64,000 bases of DNA from Candidatus Kapaibacterium sp. Its GTDB lineage: Bacteria > Bacteroidota > Ignavibacteria > Kapaibacteriales > HRBIN21. Location of the stretch: the NCBI GenBank assembly GCA_938084565.1, contig CALKEU010000002.1:39501-103500 (forward strand). Direction: 5' to 3'. A program made the translations under genes and the position numbers. This document shows positions 18,915 to 28,824 of the stretch, piece by piece. The notes beneath the pieces are model-generated. The model did no database searches. It saw nothing but the letters and a program-made list of their open reading frames with translations, and was not told the DNA's origin. How positions within the stretch are numbered: position 1 is the stretch's first letter; each line of letters opens with the position of its first letter.

Positions 18915-19909
18915 GTCTGCCCATCGAGCCGCTGCGCCACTTCGGCCAGTGTGGCTGGAATGAAACCCCGCCTCAGCGCGTAATCGACCACCCGGAGCAT
19001 CGTTTCGATCAAACGCCGACATTGGAGCGCCGTGTCAAAGTACGGATTGGCCCCGGGGCGAAACTCACAGCTGTGGCAGGTCATCACCAGTGCAATCGAA
19101 CGCCCCTCCCGGAGCGACAGCCGATCGTACCACTCCACCGTCTGCAGTAACTCCCGTAGCGACGTAAAGGCAGCGTAGAAGAGCCGCGGGCGGATGTCGT
19201 AAACAGCCCGATTCCACCGCCGTATAAACCACGCCAGCGCTGGATGGTATGGATCGAAGCGCTCCCGCCAGCTGCGCGGGAGCCGCCCAAAGAGCCCAGG
19301 CAGTACCCCAACGGGAATCTCCAGGAGCTTTCCCTCCGGAGCAGGTGTGTTGAGGTCAGACGGTGATGGATGGTAGGGAAACGGCGGGGCTGTCGTAAAG
19401 CGCACCCGTGGGGCCCACCACTTGTAGGGCGTCACGCTGCTGTCGACGATGTAGCCGAGAGCCTCCAGCATGGGGATTGTACGCCCACTGATACCATACC
19501 GCCCTGCCCGAAAGCTCAGCGGCTTCCTCCCGAAACGCTCCCGGAAGAGCTCTGTCAGACGTTGTAGCTTCGCCCACTCGAGCTCAGGGGGATAGTCACA
19601 CTGCATCGCATATGTGCCCTCAGCATCCCACTGCGGCTCGGGCTCGATGTATTCGCCGTGGAGATGGGTCCCTAACTCTGGCTCCCCTGGCAGAGTTTGC
19701 AAGACAGCAGCCGCATCCTCATCGCGGATGACCTCTGGGCTGAGGAGATACGTCGGGCGAATGCCCCGGCGCCACAGAGGCTCGTGAAAGTCTCGGGGAA
19801 GCTCCTCGACGACATTACGACACCGTATTGGCTGCTGCGTGCGCCACCGAGGCCCCTTGTCACATTCCGTATCCACGGTGATTACCAGGAAACGCTGCAC
19901 AGCGCTCAT
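18911..19909 (-). CDS. Polysaccharide deacetylase-like protein (NodB/CE4-like, WalW-type)
   Basis: ITVDTE, GTHLH, SFRAGRYG, DSSV and LLEIPV motifs. Confidence 0.78.
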   Translation of the reverse strand: MSAVQRFLVITVDTECDKGPRWRTQQPIRCRNVVEELPRDFHEPLWRRGIRPTYLLSPEVIRDEDAAAVLQTLPGEPELGTHLHGEYIEPEPQWDAEGTYAMQCDYPPELEWAKLQRLTELFRERFGRKPLSFRAGRYGISGRTIPMLEALGYIVDSSVTPYKWWAPRVRFTTAPPFPYHPSPSDLNTPAPEGKLLEIPVGVLPGLFGRLPRSWRERFDPYHPALAWFIRRWNRAVYDIRPRLFYAAFTSLRELLQTVEWYDRLSLREGRSIALVMTCHSCEFRPGANPYFDTALQCRRLIETMLRVVDYALRRGFIPATLAEVAQRLDGQT

Positions 19910-20532
19910 TGCAGTACCCCTTCAACTGGCCGACGGTACCTGTGCCCCAGTACATGCCAGTACACCACGCTCCCGGCCACCTCAAACCCAGCTCGCTCGA
20001 AGCCCCGCAGCGAAGGGAGATTCCACGCAGCCACGACTGCAAAGGCCTGCCGAAACCCCCGTTGGGCTAACCATTGCCGGACACATTGGAGCGCCAGACT
20101 GTGGAAGCCCCGCCCACGGTAAGGCGGCAGGGTGTAACAGGTATGCACGTACGCCTCGTCAGGCGCAAAGAAACGGTAGCGGCCGAACTCCTCAATCCAG
20201 ACAGCTCCCGTGCTCACGAAGCAGTAGTATACCACGGGAACTGCCTCTATCCCCAGCGCACACACCCACGACTGCGGCAGCGCCTCCCACAGGCGGGCCA
20301 GACGCGGTGCAACCTCTGGTGGGGCCACCGCCAAGAACAGCTCCCGATGCTGGCTGCTATACCACCGCACAAGTACCGACTCCGGCAACGCTAAGGAGAC
20401 CGGGGATATGGGTACCTGCGCTCGCAACCAGAGAAAGCGTTCCCGCCACATGAGCCATCGCTGCCCACGACGGAATAGCCGCCGGAGGGAGCTCCCCCAC
20501 CCTCTTAGCCTCTGTGACACCACCGCAGCCAT
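19906..20532 (-). CDS. GNAT family N-acetyltransferase
   Basis: AYVHTCYTLPPYRGRGFH acetyl-CoA motif; NLPSLRGFERAGF. Confidence 0.8.
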   Translation of the reverse strand: MAAVVSQRLRGWGSSLRRLFRRGQRWLMWRERFLWLRAQVPISPVSLALPESVLVRWYSSQHRELFLAVAPPEVAPRLARLWEALPQSWVCALGIEAVPVVYYCFVSTGAVWIEEFGRYRFFAPDEAYVHTCYTLPPYRGRGFHSLALQCVRQWLAQRGFRQAFAVVAAWNLPSLRGFERAGFEVAGSVVYWHVLGHRYRRPVEGVLQ

Positions 20533-21566
20533 GCTACCGGATGCCGCCAGTTCGGGAGCCGAAGACGGTAGAAGAGACGCCGTCGTTTTGCCCAGTGGCG
20601 CTTGTACTCGGTGTCCCCTCCCATGAAGGTAAACTCACGCCAGCGCTGCTCGGTAAAGCCTCGCTGTAGCACGTGCCAGAGCAACACCTTCGTCGGCGCA
20701 AAGCGCTCATAGCACGGATCGAAGCCCTGGAGCCACCAGTAGAAGACCCCCCCGTAGACAAATCCAAGCATGAAAGCCGCCCATTGCTGCGCCAATCGAA
20801 GCACAAATGTCTGCAGCCAGCCCAAACGAGCCCCTTCCTCGACAATCCGCTCCAGGAATGCCCGATAGACAGCCCTTGCAAAGATCGACTCCCGCCCCTT
20901 CCGCTGCTGTGAAAGCACATGTAAGCGGACAACCTCCTCCAGATCAGCCGGTGACAGCCGCACGAACTCCTCTACAGACCAGTCCACCTGCTCGTACAAC
21001 GGAGCTCGCCGCCGGACGCCGCGAACGACAAACTCTCGCCCAGCTTCCTCCTCGACATACTCCTGCCATGAACGCCCAGCTACCGGGATGTACCAGCACG
21101 AGGCATAGGGTTCCAACTGAGCTCCTCGCCAGAGATGGGTAAGCTCCCGGTATGAGGCCAACCGCGGGGAATCTTCCCCAATGTAGTGCCCTACAAATTC
21201 TGCCCACCACCACCGGCGCAGCTCCCGAAAGAGCTCCAGCACAAACTCGGGACTCCGCTCAGCCGTTACAACATCGGCAAATTCCGTCATCTGCGCACCG
21301 AGGAAATGCAACCGCCACATCGGCACTACCCCTCGGCGCCATGTCCGCAGCCGCATCAAGGGCACATACCCGAGCGTCTGTGCGCCCCGGCGTATCCGCA
21401 CAATGAGCGGTCGCCACTGCAACGGCCCCGCCAGCGTCTCAAGCAACGCACAGATCCACTCATGCCGCAGAAACGGGGTGTCGCTCCCAGACTCAGAGAG
21501 CCGCTGGTTCCAATCCGTGCGTAGCCCTCGGAATTCCTCCGCTGTGATCTCTTCCAGCCTCAGCAT
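20505..21566 (-). CDS. GNAT-fold acyltransferase, CelD/BcsL (Acetyltransf_6)-like
   Basis: PFLRHEWI, GYVPL, YWWLQGFDPCYERFAPTKVL, FTFMGGDTEYKRHWA. Confidence 0.78.
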   Translation of the reverse strand: MLRLEEITAEEFRGLRTDWNQRLSESGSDTPFLRHEWICALLETLAGPLQWRPLIVRIRRGAQTLGYVPLMRLRTWRRGVVPMWRLHFLGAQMTEFADVVTAERSPEFVLELFRELRRWWWAEFVGHYIGEDSPRLASYRELTHLWRGAQLEPYASCWYIPVAGRSWQEYVEEEAGREFVVRGVRRRAPLYEQVDWSVEEFVRLSPADLEEVVRLHVLSQQRKGRESIFARAVYRAFLERIVEEGARLGWLQTFVLRLAQQWAAFMLGFVYGGVFYWWLQGFDPCYERFAPTKVLLWHVLQRGFTEQRWREFTFMGGDTEYKRHWAKRRRLFYRLRLPNWRHPVAWLRWCHRG

Positions 21567-22330
21567 AGACGAGCTTGCGCCAGAATAACCCTCCCCAGAG
21601 CCCCACTGCCCCGCAGCCGCTGGAGCCAGTGAGCAACCCCCCAGAGCCTCGGGGGCAGGCGATGTCCCAGGCGAGGCGGAGGGATAGGCGCTCCAAAGAA
21701 GCGTATGTGTCCAAAGCCGGCCTCCTGCAGCAGCCGCGAAAGCTCAGCGAGCGTAAACCGCATGCGGAAGTACCCCCCACGATCCCGCTCGTCGAGTTCT
21801 TTCGGAATCCCTCGACATCGGTCCGACCACGTATGCCGCGCCACCAGCAGCCAGAGCTCCCCGTGAGGTACCAAGCTCTGAGCAAAACACCGCAGCGCTT
21901 TCCGCCGCAATTCCACCGTCGGTATATGCTGCACAACCTCCGTGCACAATACCCATTGCACAGGTTCCGGAGGCGTCCACGCTGTCACGTCAGCACAGAC
22001 GCAAGCTAGCCGATGGCTCACCCCACGCTCGAGCGCCGCCGCCTCTAACAGGCGGAGACTCTCTGCGGAAAAATCCACCGCCCAGACCCGGACATCCGGG
22101 AACCGCTCGAGGATGGGGAGCGTATAGAGCCCAACGCCACAGCCGGCATCGTAGAGCCACCCTCCACGCCACAGGGACATCTGCTGCAGCAAGAACTCTC
22201 GAACCGCATACCACCAATAAGCCCCCCGCTGCTGCACGATGGCAGCATACGACTCGGCCATGCGATCGCGCAGCCTAACCTCTACGCTTTGCTCTGGATT
22301 GACGCCACCGACTCCACAACTCTCGGTCAT
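21560..22330 (-). CDS. Class I SAM-dependent methyltransferase (start uncertain)
   Basis: Motif I YDAGCGVG, AVDFS, CADV, LCTEVVQHI. Confidence 0.82.
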   Translation of the reverse strand: MTESCGVGGVNPEQSVEVRLRDRMAESYAAIVQQRGAYWWYAVREFLLQQMSLWRGGWLYDAGCGVGLYTLPILERFPDVRVWAVDFSAESLRLLEAAALERGVSHRLACVCADVTAWTPPEPVQWVLCTEVVQHIPTVELRRKALRCFAQSLVPHGELWLLVARHTWSDRCRGIPKELDERDRGGYFRMRFTLAELSRLLQEAGFGHIRFFGAPIPPPRLGHRLPPRLWGVAHWLQRLRGSGALGRVILAQARLC

Positions 22331-23789
22331 AGGGGCTGAAACTCCAGCGCACGAGCAGCCCAAAAATACCGATTCCCACTACACACCCTAGCCACGGATT
22401 CACCCACAGCCCTCCCACAGCCCCGAGGAGCGCAAGCCCAATAACTCCGACGGCTCGCCCTAAGGCCCCATCCCATGGATGGAGCCGCAACAGCCACCAT
22501 ACCTGCCCGATCCGCACGAGCGCCATCCCCCCATTGACGATGGCATACACCCACGCAGCTCCCATCATCCCCTGCTGCGGAATCAGCCACAAAAAGAGTC
22601 CAATGTTGAGCCCCGCTGTGACAATGCCGTTGATCAAGTTTACCTGCGGCTTCCCTACCATGTTCAGCACATAGCCTGCAACGCCGAAGGCTGCCCCCAA
22701 CCACGTCCCAAGACTGAGCACCGACAGCACCAATGCGGCGGCCATGAACTCTCTCCCAAAGAGGCTCAGCACCACCTCTGGAATCGTCACCAAGAGCACC
22801 ACCGCCGGGAAGCTCAGCAGCAGTGACCACCGCACAGCAGCGCTGTAGACCACTCGCAATTGCTCAAGCTGACCGCGCGCATAGAGCTCAGCAACAACCG
22901 GGTTGAAGGTCTCCCCAATAGCGTAGGTCGGCAACGAGAGAAGAGGTTGTAGACGGAGCGCTGCTACGTACAGCCCCACCTCTACCGCCGGCCGAAATGC
23001 CCCGAGCACAAGCACATCGAGCTGGAATGTGTAGCGGTAGAAGAGACTCGTGGCAAAAACCGTCAGCGCATACGTCAACAATGGGCGCCACTCCGTCCGG
23101 CCCGGGAGCTTCGAGGAAAACATCTCCGGGAAGGTCCGCCATACAAAGTAGCCGCTTAGCCCGAGCACAACGAGGTCCTGCAGGAGACTTGCCCCCAGGG
23201 CAGCGTAGAGATCCAGCCCCGCCCATACTAAGAGGAGCAGCGCCCCGAGCTTGACAAAGTTGCCTACCACAGCACTACTGAGCTGAACGAAAGACTGTCG
23301 CTGAAATCCGGTCAAGATTGCCAGCAGAATTCCGTACAAGGCCGTCAAGCCAACGGCCGGGGCATAGAAGCGCAGAGCCGAGACGGCCTGCGGTTGCCGC
23401 AGTACCCACTGCGCCAGGGGCTCAGCACACAGCAGCACAAGCAGGCTCATGCCCCCGCCGAGTGCTCCCGCCCAGGAAAGCCCTGCCCAAATAGCCCCCT
23501 TGAGCTGCTCACGCTGTCCCAGCGCCCGATAGACTCCGACAAATCGCACCAGCGCTGCTGCCAGACCTGATTTGGCAACCTCTGCCGCCAAGGCCGCCCA
23601 CTGAACCATCAAAGCATAGAGCCCGTAGAGCTCCGCCCCCAACGCCCGAGTAGTTACAATCCCAATAACCGGCCCCAGAAGATGGCCCAAGAGACCTCCC
23701 CCGGCCGTAATCCCGGCATTCCGCGCAATACGGTATAGCTGCTCAATAGCCCCTGGCTGCTCCCGTGCCCTCCCCTCATTCTGTTCCAT
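22275..23789 (-). CDS. Wzx-like oligosaccharide flippase (MOP superfamily)
   Basis: About 13-14 TM helices; RALGAELYGLY; DVLVLGAFRPAVEVGLY; LIPQQGMMGAAW. Confidence 0.85.
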   Translation of the reverse strand: MEQNEGRAREQPGAIEQLYRIARNAGITAGGGLLGHLLGPVIGIVTTRALGAELYGLYALMVQWAALAAEVAKSGLAAALVRFVGVYRALGQREQLKGAIWAGLSWAGALGGGMSLLVLLCAEPLAQWVLRQPQAVSALRFYAPAVGLTALYGILLAILTGFQRQSFVQLSSAVVGNFVKLGALLLLVWAGLDLYAALGASLLQDLVVLGLSGYFVWRTFPEMFSSKLPGRTEWRPLLTYALTVFATSLFYRYTFQLDVLVLGAFRPAVEVGLYVAALRLQPLLSLPTYAIGETFNPVVAELYARGQLEQLRVVYSAAVRWSLLLSFPAVVLLVTIPEVVLSLFGREFMAAALVLSVLSLGTWLGAAFGVAGYVLNMVGKPQVNLINGIVTAGLNIGLFLWLIPQQGMMGAAWVYAIVNGGMALVRIGQVWWLLRLHPWDGALGRAVGVIGLALLGAVGGLWVNPWLGCVVGIGIFGLLVRWSFSPYDRELWSRWRQSRAKRRG

Positions 23790-25149
23790 GGGCTACGGTA
23801 GCTTGCCTGGAAGTCGGCTGCGGCAAAACACGCCACAGTACTACCATCCCTACTACTGCAGCAAGGAACGACCCGAGGAGTATTCCAAGCTTTGCCTCAT
23901 CGAGCTTCTGCAAAGCGTCTGCGTACGCAAGCCCCGCAATGAAGAGCGCCATCGTAAAGCCAATACCCGCCAGCAGTGAAACCCCATAAATATGGCTCCA
24001 GCGGACCTGAGCCGGCAGAGATGCTAGCCCCAGACGAGTCATAAGCCATGTAATTCCAAAAATCCCCAGCTGCTTGCCCACGAACAATCCCAATGCTACC
24101 CCCCACAACACCGGCGAATGGAGCAGTTCCGCTACTTGAGCTACCTCCACCCGCACCCCCGCATTGGCTAGTGCAAACAACGGCATAATCCCGTAGGTGA
24201 CCCATCCATGCAGCCCATGGAGTGCTCGATATAGCGGCGGAATAGTTCGTATGCTCGCCTCCTCTACCTGCTCCACCACAGCCATTGCATACGCCGCTGA
24301 CACCCTCTCCCCAACGGCCGGCTCTCCCAGCAGACGGAGCGTTCCCTCCCGAAAGCGCTCCCAGGACATGCGCGGCCGTATCGGTATGGTCCAGGCCAGT
24401 AATACTCCTGCAACGGTTGGATGGATGCCTGACTTGAGAAAAGCAATCCAGATCGGGATGCCCAGCACCCCGTAGATCCCCAGATGGTACACCCCAAGCC
24501 GATTGCATCCCCACAGCAGTGCCAACCCAGCCAGCCCTACCGCCAGCGCTCCGAGCGAGAGCTCGCTTGTGTAGAAGAGCGCAATAACCACAACCGCTCC
24601 AATGTCGTCGGCTATAGCCAGACTGAGCAAGAAGATACGAAGGGCATGGGGCACGCGTTCCCCGAGCAGCGAGAGGATGCCAATAGCAAAGGCAATATCC
24701 GTAGCAGCTGGAATGGCCCACCCACGCAGCGTTGGCATCCCAACATTGAACGCCACAAAGATGAGCGCGGGCACAAGCATTCCCCCAATAGCGGCAAACA
24801 CCGGAAGCGAGGCTTTCCGCCACGTCGATAGCTCCCCCTGCAAGATCTCCTGCTTGATTTCCAGCCCCACGACGAAGAAGAAGATCGCCATCAAGCCGTC
24901 GTTGATCCAGAAGACCAGCGGCTTCGAAAGGGCAACATCTCCATAGCCAACCACCAAATGCGTGAAAAACAGCGCTGTATAGCTCTCCCCCCATGGACTA
25001 TTGGCCCACACGAGCGCCACAGCCGCACACACTACCAGGAGCACACCTCCCACGTACGGCCGTTCAAACAGGGCGCGAAGCCGCTCTTGTATACGCTCTA
25101 CCGGCGTCCTCCGACAGGCGTAGTACCGCTCCAAGCCCTCGATCCACAT
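23776..25149 (-). CDS. nhaA: Na+/H+ antiporter NhaA
   Basis: WINDGLMAIFFFVVGLEIK, GWAIPAATDIAFA, LAIADD, GIGFTMALFI. Start at ATG 25149 or 25173. Confidence 0.95.
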   Translation of the reverse strand: MWIEGLERYYACRRTPVERIQERLRALFERPYVGGVLLVVCAAVALVWANSPWGESYTALFFTHLVVGYGDVALSKPLVFWINDGLMAIFFFVVGLEIKQEILQGELSTWRKASLPVFAAIGGMLVPALIFVAFNVGMPTLRGWAIPAATDIAFAIGILSLLGERVPHALRIFLLSLAIADDIGAVVVIALFYTSELSLGALAVGLAGLALLWGCNRLGVYHLGIYGVLGIPIWIAFLKSGIHPTVAGVLLAWTIPIRPRMSWERFREGTLRLLGEPAVGERVSAAYAMAVVEQVEEASIRTIPPLYRALHGLHGWVTYGIMPLFALANAGVRVEVAQVAELLHSPVLWGVALGLFVGKQLGIFGITWLMTRLGLASLPAQVRWSHIYGVSLLAGIGFTMALFIAGLAYADALQKLDEAKLGILLGSFLAAVVGMVVLWRVLPQPTSRQATVAHGTE

Positions 25150-25187
25150 GGCAACTCTCTGCACAGAAGACAATCCAGGAGGCGAAA

Positions 25188-27635
25188 TTACCGGAAAAAC
25201 AACGGGTATCGCCGAGGATCCGCCTCATGCATGATCTCGTAGGCTGCCTCGAAGACCTGCTCTACGTTCGGTTTGGACCAGTAATCTCCGTCAGTGCCAT
25301 AGGCCGGGCGATGCTCCTTGGCCGGCAGTGTCCGCGGTGGGGAATCCAACCAGCGGTAGCCCCCCTGGACCTCGAGCACCTGCTGCATCATATACGCCGT
25401 TGTTCCCCCGGGAACATCCTCGTCCACGAAGAGGATGCGATTGGTCTTTCGGAGCGACGCCACAATACGATGGTGGACATCGAAGGGGACAAGGGACTGC
25501 ACATCGATGACCTCGGCGCTGATGCCAACACGCTCCAGGAGCTGTGCCGCCTCCAGGACAATGCGACAGCAGGCCCCGTAGGTGACAATTGTAATGTCAC
25601 TTCCCTCGCGCAGCACCTCCGGCACACCAACCGGCACAGTCATCTCCCCCACATTGGCTGGCAGCCGCTCCTTGAGTCGGTACCCATTGAGCACCTCGAC
25701 GATGAGCGCTGGCTCGTCGGAGCGCAGAACTGTATTGTAGAAGCCCGCTGCTTGGGTCATGTTACGCGGGACCAGTACGAGCATACCCCGCACCAGATGG
25801 ATAATGCCAGCCATCGGGGAGCCTGAGTGCCAAATGCCTTCCAAGCGATGCCCGCGCGTGCGAATAATGACGGGAGCTCGCTGCATCCCCTTGGTACGCC
25901 ATTGGAAGGTTGCAATGTCATCGGACATGATCTGCAGGGCGTAGAGCAGGTAGTCCAGGTACTGGATTTCCGCAATCGGGCGCAGCCCCCGCAGGGCCAG
26001 CCCAATAGCCTGGCCGACAATGGTACACTCCCGAATTCCCGTATCGCTGACCCGTAGCTCACCGTAGCGGGCCTGCAACCCTGCGCATCCCTGATTGACA
26101 TCTCCAAGCCGCCCGACGTCCTCACCGAAGATGATCACCCGCGGATCTCGCCGCAGAATCTCATTGAAGCAGGCATTGATCACCTCAAACCCGTTGACCA
26201 TCGGAGAGTCTTCCCGATAGACGGGTGGCACAGCCGGCACACGCAGCGCCGAAAGCGGGGTTTCGCTATACAGATGCGAGTCATACCGCTCTCGTTGCTG
26301 CTCCTCGAGCGCCTGACGCCACCGAACGAGGCGTTCCCGCTGTGGGGTCGGCTCGTGAGCAACGGCAATGAGGGCCCGGTTGACCGCCACTGCCAAATCC
26401 TTACGGACGGGCTCCCGTATAGCGAGCAGTTCCTGCCGAAGGTGGTTGAGCTCTTCTGCCGCAGAGCTCACCTGCGCTAGCTCTTCCAGCAGGGAAGCTA
26501 ATTCCGCCCGCTCCCGGAGAATGGGCTCCTGGTAAGCCTGCCAGGCCCGCTCCTTGGCCTTCCGAACAGCTTCGGCAGCCTCCCGCTCGAGAGCGTCGAG
26601 CTCTTCCGCTGTGGCCAGCCCCTCCTGGAGAATCCACTGCCGCATGCGGAGCAGACAGTCGTACTCGCGCTCCCACTGCAGACGCTCGGCCGGCTTGTAG
26701 CGCTCATGACTCCCGCTGGTGGAGTGCCCCTGCGGCTGCGTCAACTCCACAACGTGGACGAGAGCCGGAACGTGCTCCCGGCGGGCTACCTCGGCTGCAC
26801 GGAGGTAGACATTCACCAGGGTTGGATAATCCCACCCGCGGACGACATAGATGTCGAAGCCGTCGCGCTGGCCTGGTGTGCGCCGAAAGCCCTCTAAGAG
26901 TGCACCAATGTTGGCCTTGGTCACTTGGTATTCGTTCGGCACCGAGATACCATACCCATCGTCCCAGATGGAAATGATGGCCGGCGCTTTGAGGACGCCA
27001 ATGGCGTTGACCGCCTCCCAGAACATGCCCTCGGCGCATGTAGCATTGCCAATCGTCCCCCACGCAATCTCCTTCCCGTTGTCGGAAAATTCCCGAAACT
27101 GCCCCAGCTCGGGAATTTCCCGGTATAGCCGTGACGCATACGCTAACCCCACCAGACGCGGCATTTGCGAACCCGTCGGCGAGATATCCGAGGCAATATT
27201 GACCCGCTCAACCTGCGGTAGCCAACGACCCTGAGAGTCCACCAGGCGCATCCCAAAGTGACAATTCATCTGGCGCCCAGCCGAGTGCGGCTCCGCCTCC
27301 TCATCAGCATGGGCGTAAAGCTGCGCAAAGAATTGCTCTACCGTCAGCAATCCCAGGGCCATCAAGAGGGTCTGATCCCGATAGTAACCAGAGCGCCAAT
27401 CCCCCGGGCGGAAGGCCTTCGCCATAGCCACCTGCGCTACCTCCTTGCCATCCCCGAAAATGCCGAACTTCGCCTTACCCGTCAAGACCTCACGCCGACC
27501 CAGCAGACTAGCATGGCGGCTTTCCCAGCAGAGACGATAGTCAGCCAAGACAACCTCCCGCGTGATCCACTCCGGGAGCGTACGGAGTCCATCGCCCACA
27601 ATGACCCTTCCTTCCTGTTCCCACACCGTCGCCAT
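25188..27635 (-). CDS. 2-oxoacid (branched-chain-type) dehydrogenase E1, fused alpha/beta subunits
   Basis: TPP-domain variant IGNATCAEG...[37 protein letters not shown]. Confidence 0.9.
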   Translation of the reverse strand: MATVWEQEGRVIVGDGLRTLPEWITREVVLADYRLCWESRHASLLGRREVLTGKAKFGIFGDGKEVAQVAMAKAFRPGDWRSGYYRDQTLLMALGLLTVEQFFAQLYAHADEEAEPHSAGRQMNCHFGMRLVDSQGRWLPQVERVNIASDISPTGSQMPRLVGLAYASRLYREIPELGQFREFSDNGKEIAWGTIGNATCAEGMFWEAVNAIGVLKAPAIISIWDDGYGISVPNEYQVTKANIGALLEGFRRTPGQRDGFDIYVVRGWDYPTLVNVYLRAAEVARREHVPALVHVVELTQPQGHSTSGSHERYKPAERLQWEREYDCLLRMRQWILQEGLATAEELDALEREAAEAVRKAKERAWQAYQEPILRERAELASLLEELAQVSSAAEELNHLRQELLAIREPVRKDLAVAVNRALIAVAHEPTPQRERLVRWRQALEEQQRERYDSHLYSETPLSALRVPAVPPVYREDSPMVNGFEVINACFNEILRRDPRVIIFGEDVGRLGDVNQGCAGLQARYGELRVSDTGIRECTIVGQAIGLALRGLRPIAEIQYLDYLLYALQIMSDDIATFQWRTKGMQRAPVIIRTRGHRLEGIWHSGSPMAGIIHLVRGMLVLVPRNMTQAAGFYNTVLRSDEPALIVEVLNGYRLKERLPANVGEMTVPVGVPEVLREGSDITIVTYGACCRIVLEAAQLLERVGISAEVIDVQSLVPFDVHHRIVASLRKTNRILFVDEDVPGGTTAYMMQQVLEVQGGYRWLDSPPRTLPAKEHRPAYGTDGDYWSKPNVEQVFEAAYEIMHEADPRRYPLFFR

Positions 27636-27661
27636 TGGAGGCCCTTAGGTTTGGTACGACT

Positions 27662-27669
27662 CAAAATTA
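27662..27669 (-). promoter_or_regulatory. -7 element TAATTTTG upstream of the E1 gene
   Basis: Exact TAnnTTTG match 26 nt before ATG 27635. Confidence 0.6.
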
Positions 27670-27702
27670 CGAAAACCCCTCCCGGGCAGCCAATGCAGCC
27701 TC

Positions 27703-28824
27703 TCAGGCCAATACCCGCCCTTTCCAGCGGACCTGGGGCTGTAGGTAGACCAGCAGCGGGAGCACACCTTCCATCACCATCAAAAAGGCGCTTGCCACGG
27801 GCACCATCCACAGCAGGCGCGGACGGCGGATCGACAGTGCGGCCAGCGCTCCCAGAGCTGTATCAGCTCCACAACGGGCGGCAAGTACCCCCACCATCCA
27901 GAGCCACTCACCCGCCACTCCCGCTCCGGCAAGAGCCCCAAAGAAGAGGGCTGTCGTCAGCATGAATGCCACCGCCCACAGCCCAAGCCGCCGCCCTCCC
28001 TGCCCCCAGCGACGCAGCTGCCGAATCCGCTCAGCAAGCGTAGCAACAGGAAGTGTTTCCACCACCGCCTCCGGGGCATGGCAGTAGACCATACGCCAAC
28101 CGCAGCGATGTACGGCCTGCTGTAGCCCCAGGTCCTCCGTCACCGAAAACGGAATGCGCTCATACCCGCCCGTGTCCCAGTAAGCCTGCGCCCGTACGGC
28201 GAGATTGTTGCCAAAACATCCAAGCGCCTGCCCCCAGCCAATACCCCCGCTACCGGCCGCATTGAGCAGCAACCACTCAGCCGCTTGTAGCAGATCGAAG
28301 AAGCGCTTCCCTTCCACGAGCACAAAGCCGGCCACAAAACCTACGGCAGGCTGCGCAAATGGGGCCACCATCGTGGCTATCCACGTCGGTGGAACCCGGC
28401 AATCCGCATCGGTAAAGAGCAGAATCTCCCCCCGAGCATGCTCGACCCCAATGTGCAGCGCTCCTGCTTTTCCCTGCAGATTCGCCACACGTGGCTCCTC
28501 CCGCCGGTGAAAGACGCGGAGACGTTCCCCATACCGACGCTGCAACTCCTCCAACACTGCCTCCGTGCCATCGGTAGAGCGATCGTTGACCACGAGCACC
28601 TCAAAGCTCGGATAGCGGCAGGCGAAGACCGATTCCACACAGCGCGCAATTGTGTGCTCCTCATTCCGAGCAGGGATAATCACCGATACCGCCGGGGTGC
28701 TCCCCGCTGGCAGGCACTCCCGACGGCTGTGCCGCCACTGACGCCATGCCCCAACTCCGAAGAAAGCTGTCCGAAGCACATACACCGCTATTGCGAGCAG
28801 GCACAGCCCCTCAATCCAGCTCAT
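27703..28824 (-). CDS. Membrane-anchored GT2 glycosyltransferase (QxxRW processive/lipid-glycosylating type)
   Basis: SVIIPARNEE, NDRSTD, GKAGAL, FTDAD, TED, QLRRW; ATGA overlap with the purB stop. Confidence 0.85.
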   Translation of the reverse strand: MSWIEGLCLLAIAVYVLRTAFFGVGAWRQWRHSRRECLPAGSTPAVSVIIPARNEEHTIARCVESVFACRYPSFEVLVVNDRSTDGTEAVLEELQRRYGERLRVFHRREEPRVANLQGKAGALHIGVEHARGEILLFTDADCRVPPTWIATMVAPFAQPAVGFVAGFVLVEGKRFFDLLQAAEWLLLNAAGSGGIGWGQALGCFGNNLAVRAQAYWDTGGYERIPFSVTEDLGLQQAVHRCGWRMVYCHAPEAVVETLPVATLAERIRQLRRWGQGGRRLGLWAVAFMLTTALFFGALAGAGVAGEWLWMVGVLAARCGADTALGALAALSIRRPRLLWMVPVASAFLMVMEGVLPLLVYLQPQVRWKGRVLA

